Source of the DNA: Phoronis australis
Lineage: Eukaryota > Animalia > Phoronida
Length of the DNA: 64,000 nt
Direction of reading: 5' to 3'
Assembly: GCA_002633005.1 (NCBI GenBank)
Contig: NMRA01000061.1
Location: 725,076-789,075, forward strand
Part shown: positions 50,925 to 64,000 of the stretch, piece after piece
Numbering within the stretch: the first letter of the stretch is position 1
How the letters are laid out: each line of letters begins with the position of its first letter
Made by a program: the position numbers and the translations under genes
The notes under the pieces: generated by a model
What the model saw: only the letters and a program-made list of their open reading frames with translations
Database searches by the model: none
Told to the model about the DNA's origin: nothing

Positions 50925-53900
50925 TTTACAGTAAATTTGAATAAAAATCAGAATACAACACTAGATATTTTACTACCTCAAGTGTTTTCATGCAGCGGAA
51001 TGCTCAACAAGCATCACGCATTTGCGGTCATCCGTTATTGCTCTTGATCATCACTTCATCACGCTGTATATTGCGATTTACCACAGATCATTATTGCTTA
51101 TTTCTGTATAATTTCTTAATACATATATGTTGGTAGAGCAATAGAACCCAAGTTTATTTTAAGAACAACATAAACAATGGTTTGAACATAGCGCCGATAA
51201 CATCTCAGCCAAATTTGTTCTAAAATTCGGTTCACTGATATCAAAATTCCAAACACATCTAATGAAGTGCAACCAATTCCGATCATTTGTTGTGACGTTT
51301 ACGCAACCTCTTTGGAGAACGTTTGATTGAAGAATATGGGAAACGGAAACTGGCTAAAAGGTGACGCAATAATTCATTGGGTCGAAAGTCGACGCATAAG
51401 ATCACACCATAACTTTAGCAGCAGAATAATTGTAAAAAACATTTTTTTCAACGCTGGTAAATAATTTAGATTACTCTAGGAAGATTATATTCGGTCAGTT
51501 TTTACCCCCAATGGCACAAATTTGTATATTTAATTGAGTAAACAGCTTCGCACCAAGGCTAGAGCCTTCCGAGCCCTTTGGCGCAAGAAAACAATACTTG
51601 GTGTTTTGCGTATACTTCAGTGGGTAAAACATTGAAAATAATATTTTTGGGGCAACCTGGTACATGTAATCCTAAAAAAGTAATCTGTGTTTTCACGTAG
51701 AGCGTAAAAACGATTAACCCATTGATTCAAAAAGAACACTCTCGCAAACGAAAACGCACACAATTTTCAGCTATATTAAACTGGTTAAAAAACAACTTCT
51801 ATAAGTTTATTGCCTCGGATTCTAGTGATCACCAGGGCAAGTAAAACTCTTAAGGGGGCGCAATTTCAAACCTTTGGCATGAATCGGTGATATTAAAATG
51901 GAAATAGACCGACTTAAATTCATCAGCAATGTAGACACAACAGTTACAGACCCTCACTGCGTTTGTTAACGTCTTGTGGCAATGATAAAAATAATTTTTT
52001 CTACTATGATTGATAACAAGTTTTACTCTGATGAGGTATGATGAAATATGAATGTCTAATATGCAGATCGGCAGTTGCAAAAATATTTACTGGGTTTAAT
52101 GAATCCGTTTGTTATGAACCACTGTAAAAGTATGATTACTTATTGTACATTCGAAGCACGCCTCATTAGAATAAAAAATACACGTGCTTGTTGATCCTGG
52201 GGGTACCACTATTACAGGCATGAATGAAGATATATAAATGTTAAGCCATAGAGGATAACAAAGCTTACATAATATCACACTGAGCCATCTACACCAGGCA
52301 TATACAAAGGATACAGTATTTCAAAAGAAGCCTCAACTACTCATTTTTCATAGTACTACTAAATCACGAACTCCTAGATTTATATAAGAAGTTACATGGT
52401 ACGATGCTACACAACCTGCTCTCCCACATTGATGGGAGGCCTAATTTGAAGCATTTAACGACTTATCTTTTCTATGCAAGATTAAAACCAAGCAAAACCT
52501 GTGAAACTCTCCAGGACTAAAAATAAATATCTCAAAACCAGAAATTTTACTTAAGCAGGAATTAAAGCAATCCAATACCTTGAGATTATTTTCACACAAA
52601 AGACCACAGAGCAAATAAAGACCACTGGATTCACCACGTCAAGGCTGAAAATTCATCACATCAGCACCTATAATTTATCAAGTGAGGACCAACAATTCTT
52701 CACTTCAGTATCAAAATAAAATACAACCGAAATGAAAATTTAATAAGTCAGGTTCAAAAACTTACCGTGTCAGTAACTTTCACGCCAGAACACCACGTCA
52801 CCATCCCCAAGCATGGATCTTTCAAAGTGATAATGTCCGTACTACATGTATAAATATAAACAAGGGCTTTATGTTCAACCTCTCGCCGACAACAGACCTA
52901 TTATCTTAGAAATCCGGTTGAGTTTCTTTTGTCTAATCCACGTTTTACAATAGATGCCAAGGTATAGGTACACACTGGATTGTCACCATTGCATAATGGG
53001 TGATCACGTAGCCTCCGGGCTTGAAAACAACTCCCTCTCCTGGCGTGATAAGTTTTCTGACACAATGAATCATGGTTGCCATTTGTTCTTGATTCTACAG
53101 AGATTTCAATTCCTGAATAGAAAATGTGTGTTCTGGATGTTTTCGCTTCAGCTTTCCATTCAGCTAACTAGTGTACAGCACAGTGTTTTTACTATCCCGT
53201 GGCTGCTCCACTGAAACGAATCACTTCTAGTATAACCTTCCGTAAATGACGTTTGTATTTTGCACATTTCTTCGGGGTAACAGTTTTCCAAGAGCAATAT
53301 ATTCATTGGACAAGAATACCAGTCTCAGGTAGTCCTTGAGCTCATGCTCTGAATGTTTTGAAAACGCAACTTTTTCTTTACGCGGATACCGTTTTCTGCC
53401 GTGGACATCGACTCGCTGAATTCATCAACCAAACATTTATTTATAAAATGCCCTCAAAAGTGTACTTTTTTAAAATACCGAGTTGACCATAGTCGTCAGT
53501 TTAGAAAAGCGAAATGAACAAATTTGTACACAGTGCTCAAAGCACTTTTTGGACATACGGAACCGCCGACGTCTCTGTCTTACAACGCTGCGTGTACTTG
53601 GCATTTCATTTCATGTTGGAAACTTTTTTAAGACTGAGCACCGTTTCAAATATATTATTTTTTCTTACAGCTGAGAACAGAAGAATTAATCTGCGCTTTT
53701 AGGACTGAAATGGAACCAAATCTCGAGTGGTGACTCATTANGTGGCGATATATATACAAGCATGATTTATTTATTTTTATTTTGTAGTTGCCACTTCTCA
53801 TTCTACCTAAGGTGGCCAGATCATACGCTATCAATATCACCAGACGCTTTGCTTCTCACAAGTGCACCTTTGTGTATTTTCTATCATTTTTTGCCATCGC

Positions 53901-56900
53901 AATCGCTTTATCAAAGGTTCGCGCACACATGCCGCGGAGTGGATACTTCTTCATCACGTATTCACATCTTCCCGTTCACAATTATATTATTTTGCATAGT
54001 TTGTCAAAATGTTGTTGACAGAAAATATTTATTTTTGGAACAACGTGAACGACGAACTGATAGGAGACTACGTGTATACATGTAACTGCTAGCCCGGATT
54101 TTAACGTCACCGATACATGAAAACGGAATGCGCAAAGCTACAATTCCCTGCAGCCTCAACAGTGGTGATGTCACCCTCTTAGTTCGTGGAAATCGTAACC
54201 ATGATATGATTTCGAAGTTAGAGCCATCGAAGTCCGTGGGTTTAGGGCATACTGGACCGTGAATTTCGCGTCTGTACTGCAAGGGTCAACACTATGAAAA
54301 TGAAATCCCCGGAGTGAGAGCTCTTCGCGGTATATTAACTCACTCACTAATCCATCATCATGAGCGCGTGATAGGAGACCGGTGACTAACTTAAACAACG
54401 CAAAAAGATGCAGTTTGACGTTACACAAACAAAATCAAGTGCGGGCTAAGACTGTTAAAAATAGCTGCCTTTACAAAATGACTACAGCGTTGTATTGACC
54501 AGGAAACAACCAATCTAATACATCTTGTTAACGTCACGAGTCAAATTAAAGATCAAATGTAAAGAAAACTTTCACGTTTTTCATCCAAAACTTTTTGCAT
54601 TGTCCATAATCCAATGTTTACTAGTACCGCTTGCCTTCAACCTTCGAATTAGTGGTGTTAGGCAACCGACATGAACTCATGTAACCGAGACAGTAAAACT
54701 AGGTTAATTTATTTGACACTGTGCTTAGACGAATATGCATCGACACGCAAACTGGCATCACCCTGACAACCTATTACCCAACTGCTTCTCCTGCCTAAAA
54801 ATAGCAGCCGACCAGCTGGTCGGCTGATGGCCGGTCGGCTGAAGGGTCCGCTGAATAGTCGGCTGGGGAGTCGCCTTATGAGTCGGCACTGCGGGCGGCT
54901 GCCGGTCGGCTAATTTTTAGCCGACCGGTCGGCTAATTTGCCGACCGGTCGACGGCTAGTCGTCAACCAATTTCCGACAGGGCGGACAAAAATTCGTGAT
55001 GTGTGCTGTATAGTCTATCTCTTCCAAATTTGCGAACATTCAGGCAATGATTCAGGATGCACACCTGGTTAATCGAAAATGAAAACCAGAATTTATTTCA
55101 ACTTTCATGCCACTCTATTGTATCGATGCCATCACAGGAGTCTTGTTCTCCTCAGGAAGGTCTCATCATATATATGTTCAAGACAACTTGGAAATTAGAA
55201 AGTTCACTAGACTTAACAATTTTACTTCATGGAAAGGACTCATGTAAACATGCCTGAGAATAAAACATTGACTATTGTTAATGTTTACTAACCACCCATG
55301 AATAAAGTCAGACACGCCGATCCATTCCTCAATGAATATACCCTTGAACTAACCAATCTGTCTTCACATAACATTGATTCTGCAAATGGAATTTCTCAAT
55401 AGAACGCATCATCTAAGATCATTTTATTCACCGCAAGAACCACTTTACAGCAAACTTTCTGCATCGCTTCTATTTTCACGTCGTTGTGTTTTACTCATCT
55501 AAATCTTAACACTTGAATTGCATTATGTCTCCTAATATGGATGTTAATTGTCAATAACGTGCTTCTCAATCCAGTTGGTGATAAGTCCAAGCATTATTTC
55601 GACTAACAGTGATGTGCAGCTAACGAGTGACGCTGCTTTGTTCCCAGTAGGTTTGTTCTTCGATTGGCTTGCGAAAACAGAAGAAGAATCTGCAAAGATA
55701 CTATCAAATAAGATAAGTACGGTGGGGTAAAGTTGAAGAAACAATGTCAAAGGAAATAGTTTCACTCCGTCGTCATCATAAATTTTCATGATGTTATATT
55801 TGTATGCAATATCATAGATCTGATTATCTCATTCTTTAAATTTATGAAATATTTGTTCATACATTCACACTGCTACGCAACAACCAGTCTGAAAATCCAG
55901 CTGCTTTCCTACATTAGGTTCCAAAAATCAAGGGATTGGAAAAGGTTAATAGCAAACAACAAGTCACACTAAAAAATGGAGTCCACACTGTTGCGTTTTA
56001 TTGCTAAAAACATGTTGAAGAATATTGTCTCGAAATCGCATAGAGATATTGCATGGAAATTTCCAAGTTGTTAACCATTGATTAGTACCCAGCAAAATAA
56101 CGTTTAATCAGGTCTCACCTCGAACAATACAACAGACCTTGGTGCATACGGGATTCGGGCTTATATTATTGTGCATACCTGTCTAATGACTCACAGAAGT
56201 AAGTACAAATGTGTTTGGAAATGAACATCTTGTCGTCTTATTGTTATAGATAACTCTTTTTGCATAGATTTTTAACGGCCTATGTTTATAATTTTGTGGT
56301 CATCTAATTTCAATGCAATGGTGGGATTTGATTTGAAAAAGCCTGAATGCAGTTTTAATGCTCTAAAACAGGAAAAAATACAGACGAACGGTGAACAAGC
56401 GGCTAGTTTTGGGCTTCGTTGAAGTTTCAATTTCTTGGTCATTATCAATGGGTCAAGCTATGTAGCGTCCCCCACTAGCAAATTCAGCCAAAAATCTAAC
56501 TCAAATCCAACAAAAACATTTGGTTATGTTAACATAACTTCAGGATACAATTCATACACGTGCAATTGATAACTGACCCAGGGTACATGGATGTGAGAGA
56601 TATTTTGCTTTGGAAGTCTAATTCCAAAGTTTGCCGCCTTCCCTGAAGAGGTAGCCCTGTGTTTCTCTTCGTATTAAAGCGTTTCCAAAAAGTTGAATGA
56701 AAGTAGACCAAGTGCCAGTAAAATATAACTTAAACAGTGAAAACCAAATCACGTCTTAACTTGCACACACACACACATCTATCTGTGTACGCAATTACTT
56801 CGCTCCCTAATGTCGCAGGAATAGCCAGTCTCGGGGCTAGGTTTGGTCTAAGTGTTGAATGCTCTAGACTGTATTATTAAAGGCTAGACTAGATTTTAGC

Positions 56901-59900
56901 GATAGGAATACCTTTGTTCGGTTTCATTTCAATTTGATTGATGTGATTATTGATATTCACAGGTTTTAGGGATAGTTGAATAATTAAGCTACCAAATCAC
57001 CAGATTTCGATTTTTTATAAAGTGCACATTCAGTTTTACCACTATAATTCCAAATCAATTATTTGTTTGCCAGTGCTTCCGATGTTTGAACGCTTCAATC
57101 CTTTGGTTATTCGGCCTTTTGTCGTCCGCCAGCGTAACAATATATTTTGCAAAGCTATTATTAAAGTGGATAGTTCGTCTTAGTTACTCATCATTATTAT
57201 TTTTTCTGTTTCGTGAAACAACGTCGTCGGGTTAGAGAAGTTGCACAGAATAATTGGAATTGGCTGCAGTTCTTTCCTTTAGAGCGCCCGGACTCAACTT
57301 CGCCGTTTTCTTGGCAAGTGTCTTGCCTGCCAATTTTTTTTGAGCATTGAAGACATCACTCTTCTCCTGCGACAAGCAACCCTTTATCTGTTACAGCAAT
57401 GTTATGCATAATTTTCTACCATTATAGCACACTTTGTGGCTCTGCTACAATTAGCACTGACATAATAGTATTTCTTAATTCCGCCACAGTATGCATATTT
57501 GGAAGTTAGTTTTGTTAGGTGTTCTCCCAAATCAATCCACAACAGTTGTCCATCATAAAATGCCTCAAATTCCTCGACACCATGGACAATTCCGTCAAAA
57601 CAAAACGCACCCTTACCATTCTTAAAAAAAATTCTTATATATGTGCTAATTGCTTCGAAGGACCGGCAGTAACCGTGGCTGGAATGTTGGCAGCTTTGCG
57701 ACTAAGTCTACAGCCAACTCCTGTTGAAATAATCCATACATGTACTTCAAAATTCTTGTTTGCAGGTGTTGGTAATTGCCTTCAATGGTTTTCATGAGAA
57801 GAGACTAGAAATCCGAGTTGTCACACACGCCCACTGGCCTGGTGCTGCCTTACATTTTCACTGGCCACCTTGTTACAGTCGACTTGCGCAATAGCCGAAT
57901 TAGTGTCCACATTTGTGGTCAGTGCCGGGTACAGGCGCATGAGACAAGTTGCAGCAGCAAATCCAGTACGAATTCATAAACCCTTTTACACACACAATTA
58001 AATGCGCAAAACTGCTCCTGTATTTCTTAAACCTTTATTATAATGCTCAAGTTATACAACCAAGGCGTGTTTAAACACAACATTAACCTTGGACAAACGA
58101 TGGATTCCTTGCATCAGGACCTTAGTAAGCGGTGGGAGGGCGCGTGCCACCCCAAAAAGTTGCATACCTCAGGGTCAAACCGTGGCAACCGACAAAGGTG
58201 TGGGGCTGGGGAAAGACAAAAAAAGACTTTGAATACTGATCAGAGAGAACATTGACAACTCGGTATCAGTGTATGGTTTACCATTTGAGGGCCCTGGCCA
58301 GGACAATTGTTGTTAGGGTCTACGTTTTTGCAGCATAGGTCTTCTAAACGCCCTTAAAATGTGCACTTAATCATTCATACATATATTTCCAAAATTCGAG
58401 AAAAATTGTAAAGCAAAAATTTTGCGAAGCGTATAAATTCAGTCCAAGTTTTTCAGTGGTCCATAGGCGGTGCACTACAGGGGGATGAGGGGGCTTTATC
58501 CCCCACTTTTTTTCAGTGCTGCGCCCTCTATTCACCTCCGACATGACACTGCCAACTACTCACGAGGGAAAGTTGAGATTACAAATTCATCAAAAACACA
58601 AAACATTCGTGCACACCACAGAAGCTGTCTTGTGAGAAATGGCCATGCGTCACTGAACTTAGTTGAAGGCTGAAGGCTGGCTTGCGAAAATTCGATCCGC
58701 ATCATCAGACCACCATATCGCAAAGAAGGACACTAAACGATTACAGTGATATTCATGAATGTCGAGCAGCTCTAAATGCTTTATTGAATTAAAAACTAGA
58801 CTAATGAAATTCAAAAATTTGAAAAGAAGTTCAAGTCATTGGTCATAAATTTGGAAAGATTGTCTTGGCACTGCCTTGATGCTTGTGGTTCCCAGAAGTA
58901 TTGTGCAATGAATTTAGGCTCTTCTAAACCGAATCGTTTGCTTGCCTTTCCCGTGCATACTGCAAAAGGCTGGACACGTCGTGACTCAGCAAACGAACCC
59001 ACGTTAAAAATAATGTGTAGTCATGCAGTAGACTGCCCGCATAGAATCCGCGCACTGTGATTGACGGGAAAAGAACTTGAACTGCAGGGGTTGAAGTGTG
59101 TGCATTTTTGGGACACACGTTCATTTTCCCCAGCCGCCCGGCAGAAGCTGGACCAGTGGCCGTGTTTCAACAAGGAATTTTGATACAGCTCTATAGGCTA
59201 AGGATTTCGGATCATACCTTTACAAAAAATCTTCAGGAAATGACCGTATTAAAATGAACTTTAAGTCCCTTAACTGGGTAAAAAAAAAACACCTTGGAGC
59301 CGGAACACGGGTATAGGTTCGAGTTAAGCCGCACGTCTCAAATGAATCATAGCGGAGCTGACCTGCGACTAGCATTAGCGGTATCATTTTATAGCTAAAG
59401 AGTTAAGCTTTCAATCACCAGACTTGAGGCACAGCAGACTAGATTATACGTATGAGAAAGTCACTCAGCTTCGTAATGAGGCTATGAAATATGTAAAAGG
59501 CGCAAAAATACCTCTATTGCCACAGAGGGGGTCATGGGTCGTGAGTCAAAGAGGTTGTGGGTTCAGGAGGTCGTGGATAGAGAGGTGCGAGGAGTGTGGG
59601 AGTCCAGGGGACTGATGGGTTTTTAGAACAACCCCTAATAATTTTGAAGTATGTCTGACTTTCCATGTTCTTTAACCAACTTGGCTAATACCTCTCAGTG
59701 TCTAGTGCGAGAATAGATTGTATCCTGCTGAGGTTATCTACATGTAAATATTGTCTACAATTGTTAGAGCAGGCACAAGAGAGAATACAGAACTCTCAAG
59801 TGCGGTCAGAATCCTGCAGTGAAACACATTGCCTTCGGCAGTAATCCTCTAAGGTCCACAATTCCTCTCAAAAGATACGACATTGATCTACCAGTTGAAA

Positions 59901-61660
59901 ATAAATGAGAAATGATGCTCAATGTGCAGTTTTAATCTAATATAATACAAATGAATATCAATTAATGAATCCACAATAGTAAAAGTATTTATGCAAATCA
60001 TTACATATCCATGATACAGGTTTGCTAGTATTGCTGATTTGATAGCTTTAAACATGCTATTACTAAATTGCTAATTCTTGATGTTTTGGCTTTTAGTTGA
60101 GATTGGTCCACAACTGTTACAATGAACTATAGATGTATAGTAAACTAGAGTGTGTAATGCTCATTCATAGAATAGTTGCACTGAGTTAACTGATCAGTAC
60201 CATACATGTAGAATGAAAACACTGTGGATATTTTTTTTTTACCGTTGTTGTGAAATATTTTTGACTTGTTTACTGTGCGATTCGAATGCTGAAAAATGTC
60301 CCATATAGCATTTTCTTGTAGTCGTATTAAACTAGTGAGGACAACACTTAAGTTTGTCCCGAATGTAGCGAAGGTAGGGTAACTCACGCCTGGCTCACGG
60401 TGCGCTCGTACTTCGTTCTCGCCGAACTCACCGTAAGTTCCGGGCACAGTTGCGCTCACGCTCATGTCAGTAGTCACGGTTTATGAAAAGCCTGCCTCTG
60501 CTGTCTATCTCAGCTTACAGTCACGCTTACTGGACGAGTCTTATAATCCAGTGGCGGTACTGTAAGCCATTTTTTCTCAGTACGTGCCCCATAATAATTT
60601 ATGCTGAAGTCATCGTCGTTTTGCCAACACTGTTGTTCTCATTCTTACCATCGTCCCAGATTTACTCCTGTTTCGTGGATTTCCTCCTTAACTAAAGACA
60701 TTTTCTTTTCTGTTAGCAATGTAAATGTAGACGTTTTTAAATGGGTAGATTTTATCCGTGTGGTTGAATGACTAATAGAACTTTGCAATGGATGAATCCA
60801 ATATTAAAAGCTAACAAACAATAATTGCAGGTGGTCTGACACAAGTTGTACTAGACGTGCGCCGGCCATTCAAGTGAGCCCTTAGTAATGACCAGGTACT
60901 TTATTAACGTACAGTGAAAATTGACATTACTCAAAGGTCCAACAGTATGCCCAAGAAGGACATTCAAGACAGAGTCTGAGCTCCAATTCTCCAATTTTAC
61001 TGAATGTGTACTTAGATCAATGACAACTGTGCAAATAGACTGGAATAAATTGTAAATAGATTGGATAAATCTATTGGATGGACATAAAAACGTAATAATA
61101 TTATTTATAAGGATCACAAATGCTAGTATCATAACTACAATAACAATGATCATGAAATTATTAAAGGTGAATGCCACCCAAAAACAACCTATTTTGTATC
61201 AATTTAGATCGAGTAGTTCTACTCGACAACGGCACGTTCGGTTGCGTTACCTGACACCTGACGGCAGACAGAGGTGTTGAAATTATCCAATGGCGTAATT
61301 GGATTCACACGCAGTCTGTTCAGCAGTTCACAACACTGGTTACTGGTGTCAGCTCATCGCTTGAATTCATCGTTTAACACCAATAAATCATCAAAATTCG
61401 GTGCAAATCCCTTAAAAATGCACCGAGTTTTCATAAAAACGTGTTGTTTTAATTCGCTGTTACGAATTTACTGGTATTTGGACACACCGTAGCCTACACA
61501 GTTCGGCAGGCCAATTTACCAAGGTCCGTAGCACTGAGGAGTTTGGGGTCTCTTCTGAGATAAATTCGAAGTATTCATCCGAGAAATACAGACAAGAGAC
61601 TCTATATCTGTGTTGTTATACTTGTGATTTTTTGAGTTCTAAACACACAAAACGCTTGTT

Positions 61661-61775
61661 ATCCCGGCCCGTGGCTCGGAACCCGATCAAGCCGGTCGCG
61701 GCCGGTCTGACTACAAATGTAGTTACCCAGGCCAGTGGCTCGGAACCCCATCAGCCTGTCGCTGCCGCCGGGACT
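61661..61775. repeat. Short GC-rich tandem repeat (~64 bp x2)
   Basis: GTGGCTCGGAACCC core at ~61671 and ~61735 with similar flanks. Confidence 0.6.
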
Positions 61776-61987
61776 GGCACGAACATAAACCAGCTTGAGC
61801 TGTAAACTAAACCTTCAGTAACGAAAAGACTATAATACTTAGCCAAAAAAAATAATGTGCACGTAATTATTTACATGTATACGAGTTTGCCACGAAAATG
61901 AAAATCTACTGACTTGACGGGGGCTGCGATGACGGGTTTCCCTTCCACAGACCGTCAGGGCAAACGTTGTACGGTAACAATGAATTG

Positions 61988-64000
61988 AACTAGAAAGATT
62001 ATTGTCAGGGCGTGACAATAATGGACTCTGCGCGTGCTTATTAAAGGAATTGTTATGGGAAGTTACTGACAGCAACCCGTTTACCGATATGAAAAGGAAT
62101 TTTTTAAAATTGTAGAAGAAATAACATTTGATGACCTTTGCACTAATTGACCCCACCCGGTGCATTATAACCGTCTTGAGGAGCAATATTGCAAAGCCCG
62201 TGAAAAGTGTGTTTAATGCTGAGATTCACAGTTGTCAAACGGTTGACAAATTAGAATACATGGTGAATGAAAAGGACACATTTTCAGAAGAAAAATTCAG
62301 CTAATCACCCCATGGTTGCACTAAATGACTTTTGCATTTCGAATTGAATTAGACGTACCAATCAGACTTGTGAATTTCAAGTGTCTAGCTCAAAATTCAA
62401 TAGTTTTCACTCAATGACCTTTGACCTATTTTCTCTGATTGGATGGCCATATTGCTTAGGTATTTTATTGGCATGTAGGTCAACACCAATGTGCTGGAAT
62501 TGAAGAGAATTCTTTGAAAAATGTAGGAGAAATAACATTTTCAAAAGTAGACGAGCTTTGCACTAATTGACCCCATCTAGTTCATTACAAGCCTTTTAGT
62601 AGACCTATTGCCAAGTCCGTAAAACGTATATTCAATGCTGAGAATCACAGTTGTCTAACGGTTGACACTAAAGAATGTTTGGTGAATGGAAAAGACAAAT
62701 TTTCTGAAGAAAAATGCACCTAATGACCCCATGGTTGCGCTAAATGTCCTGAAACTTTGTATTTCGAATTGAATTAGACGTACCAATCAGACTTGTGAGT
62801 TTGAAGTGTCTAGGTCAAAGTTTCCGTTTGCACCTGCTGACCTTTGACCTGTTTTATCTGATTGGATGATTCGATTACTTAGAAAAGTAATTTTTAAATT
62901 GCATTATTGACTTTTACCTGTGCCCCGAATTTGAAAAAGATAGCTTTAAAACTATAGGATTATTAACATTTTGAAATATATATATGACATTTGCACCAAA
63001 TGACCCCTTCCGGTGCAATATGGGACATGATTATATAACGAATCAAAATTTATGTACTGCCAAAAATCACATGCAGAATTTAAAGAGCATACCTGCACCC
63101 ATTTTCGAGTTATTAAGACTCAAATTTGGTCGGAAGAAGAATCAGAAGAAAAATACGAATAAGAATAAGAACGGTGTGACAATAATGAATTCTGCGCGTG
63201 CGTATTACTGGAATTTTTTGGGGAAGTTACTCAAAGCAACCCGTTTACCAATATGAAAAGGAATTTACTAAAATTGTAGGAGAAACTACATGTAAATATT
63301 TTGATGACCTTTCCACTAATTGACCTCTTCCGGTGCATTATGAACCTGGATCAGGGAATAGTTGTAAACTCGATTTAAAGCTGGTTAATGCTAAGAATCG
63401 CAAGTGTTTTATTTTAAGCACTTCAGAATACAAGATGAATGAATAGGTCAAACTTTCAAACGAAAAATGCACCTAATGACCCCATGGGTGCACCAAATGA
63501 CCTGAAAATTTAGAATTCAAACTCAATCGCATTTAATAAACAGATGTGTAATTTTGAAGTCTAGCCCAAAATTTTAATTTTGCTCTTAGTGACCTTTGAC
63601 CTATTTTCTAATTAGTTAGGCCTATTGCGTAGTTAAAATGGGTTGTTCAATTGGCATGGTGACTTACACTAGTGTGCTGAAATTGAAAAGAATTCCTTGA
63701 AAAACGTAAGAGATATATTAACATTTTGAACGTTATATGACCTTTGCACTAATTGACCCTATCCGGTGAATTATGAGCGTCTTTAGGAGAGTTATTGCAA
63801 AGCCCATGAAAATGTGTTTAATGCTGAGAATCACAGTTGTCTAATGGTTGACACATCAGTATACTTGGAGAAGAAAAAGGTCAAATTTTCAGAAGAAAAA
63901 TGCACCTAATGACCCCATGTTTGCACTAAATGACCTGAAACTTTGGATTCCAACTTGATTTACCTGTGCCAATCGGACCTGTGAATTTGAAGTGTCTAGC
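61988..64000 (-). mobile_element. Helitron/Helentron-like non-autonomous element in head-to-tail tandem, with internal ~420-430-bp repeats
   Basis: AACTAG at 61988 next to a perfect hairpin ATTATTGTCA-GGGCG-TGACAATAAT (61998-62022). Internal units at ~62140, ~62560, ~63315 and ~63746. GAA-rich tail at ~63133-63170, then a restart at GTGACAATAATG (63176; period 1164). Confidence 0.6.

Larger units (their letters stand above)
46117..55008 (-). mobile_element. TA-targeting TIR transposon, copy 5 (interrupted by family Y element; ~480-bp internal deletion near 51200)
   Basis: aacaTA|GAGCACACATCACG at 46117 and GATGTGTGCTG|TAtag at 55008. Family sequence breaks at 46635 and resumes without loss at 50925. 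Confidence 0.88.

Noticed and set aside
45877-55039. Shared 14-mer AAATTTGCGAACAT at ~45877 and ~55026 as an LTR pair or long TSD
   Set aside because: The similarity does not extend and does not abut an element end.

Overview
AT-rich eukaryotic DNA, probably from a marine invertebrate, from a draft assembly with one 672-nt gap and three single-N joins. I see no intact host gene. Positions 1-55008 are almost entirely nested transposable elements whose ends can be read from the sequence. (1) There are five copies of an unclassified ~5.1-kb TA-targeting DNA transposon with ~70-bp palindrome-rich TIRs. (2) A nest at 4767-26680 has a 'family Y' fragment holding an EnSpm/CACTA-like element, which holds a Sola3-like element, which holds a Kolobok-like element, a TA-family copy and a foldback element. 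(3) The Kolobok-like element carries a decayed THAP exon and a decayed two-exon gene resembling the P2X7 cytoplasmic ballast. (4) A BEL/Pao pol is split into three pieces that rejoin in frame. (5) There is a second Kolobok-like element. (6) A TSD-less, hairpin-ended 4.3-kb element (family Y) lies at 46636-50924. (7) A Helitron/Helentron-like tandem array runs to the window end. Comparing paralogous copies shows repeated TA-to-TACATGTA differences that look like cut-and-paste excision footprints. Family names come from end structures and remembered protein motifs, not database searches.
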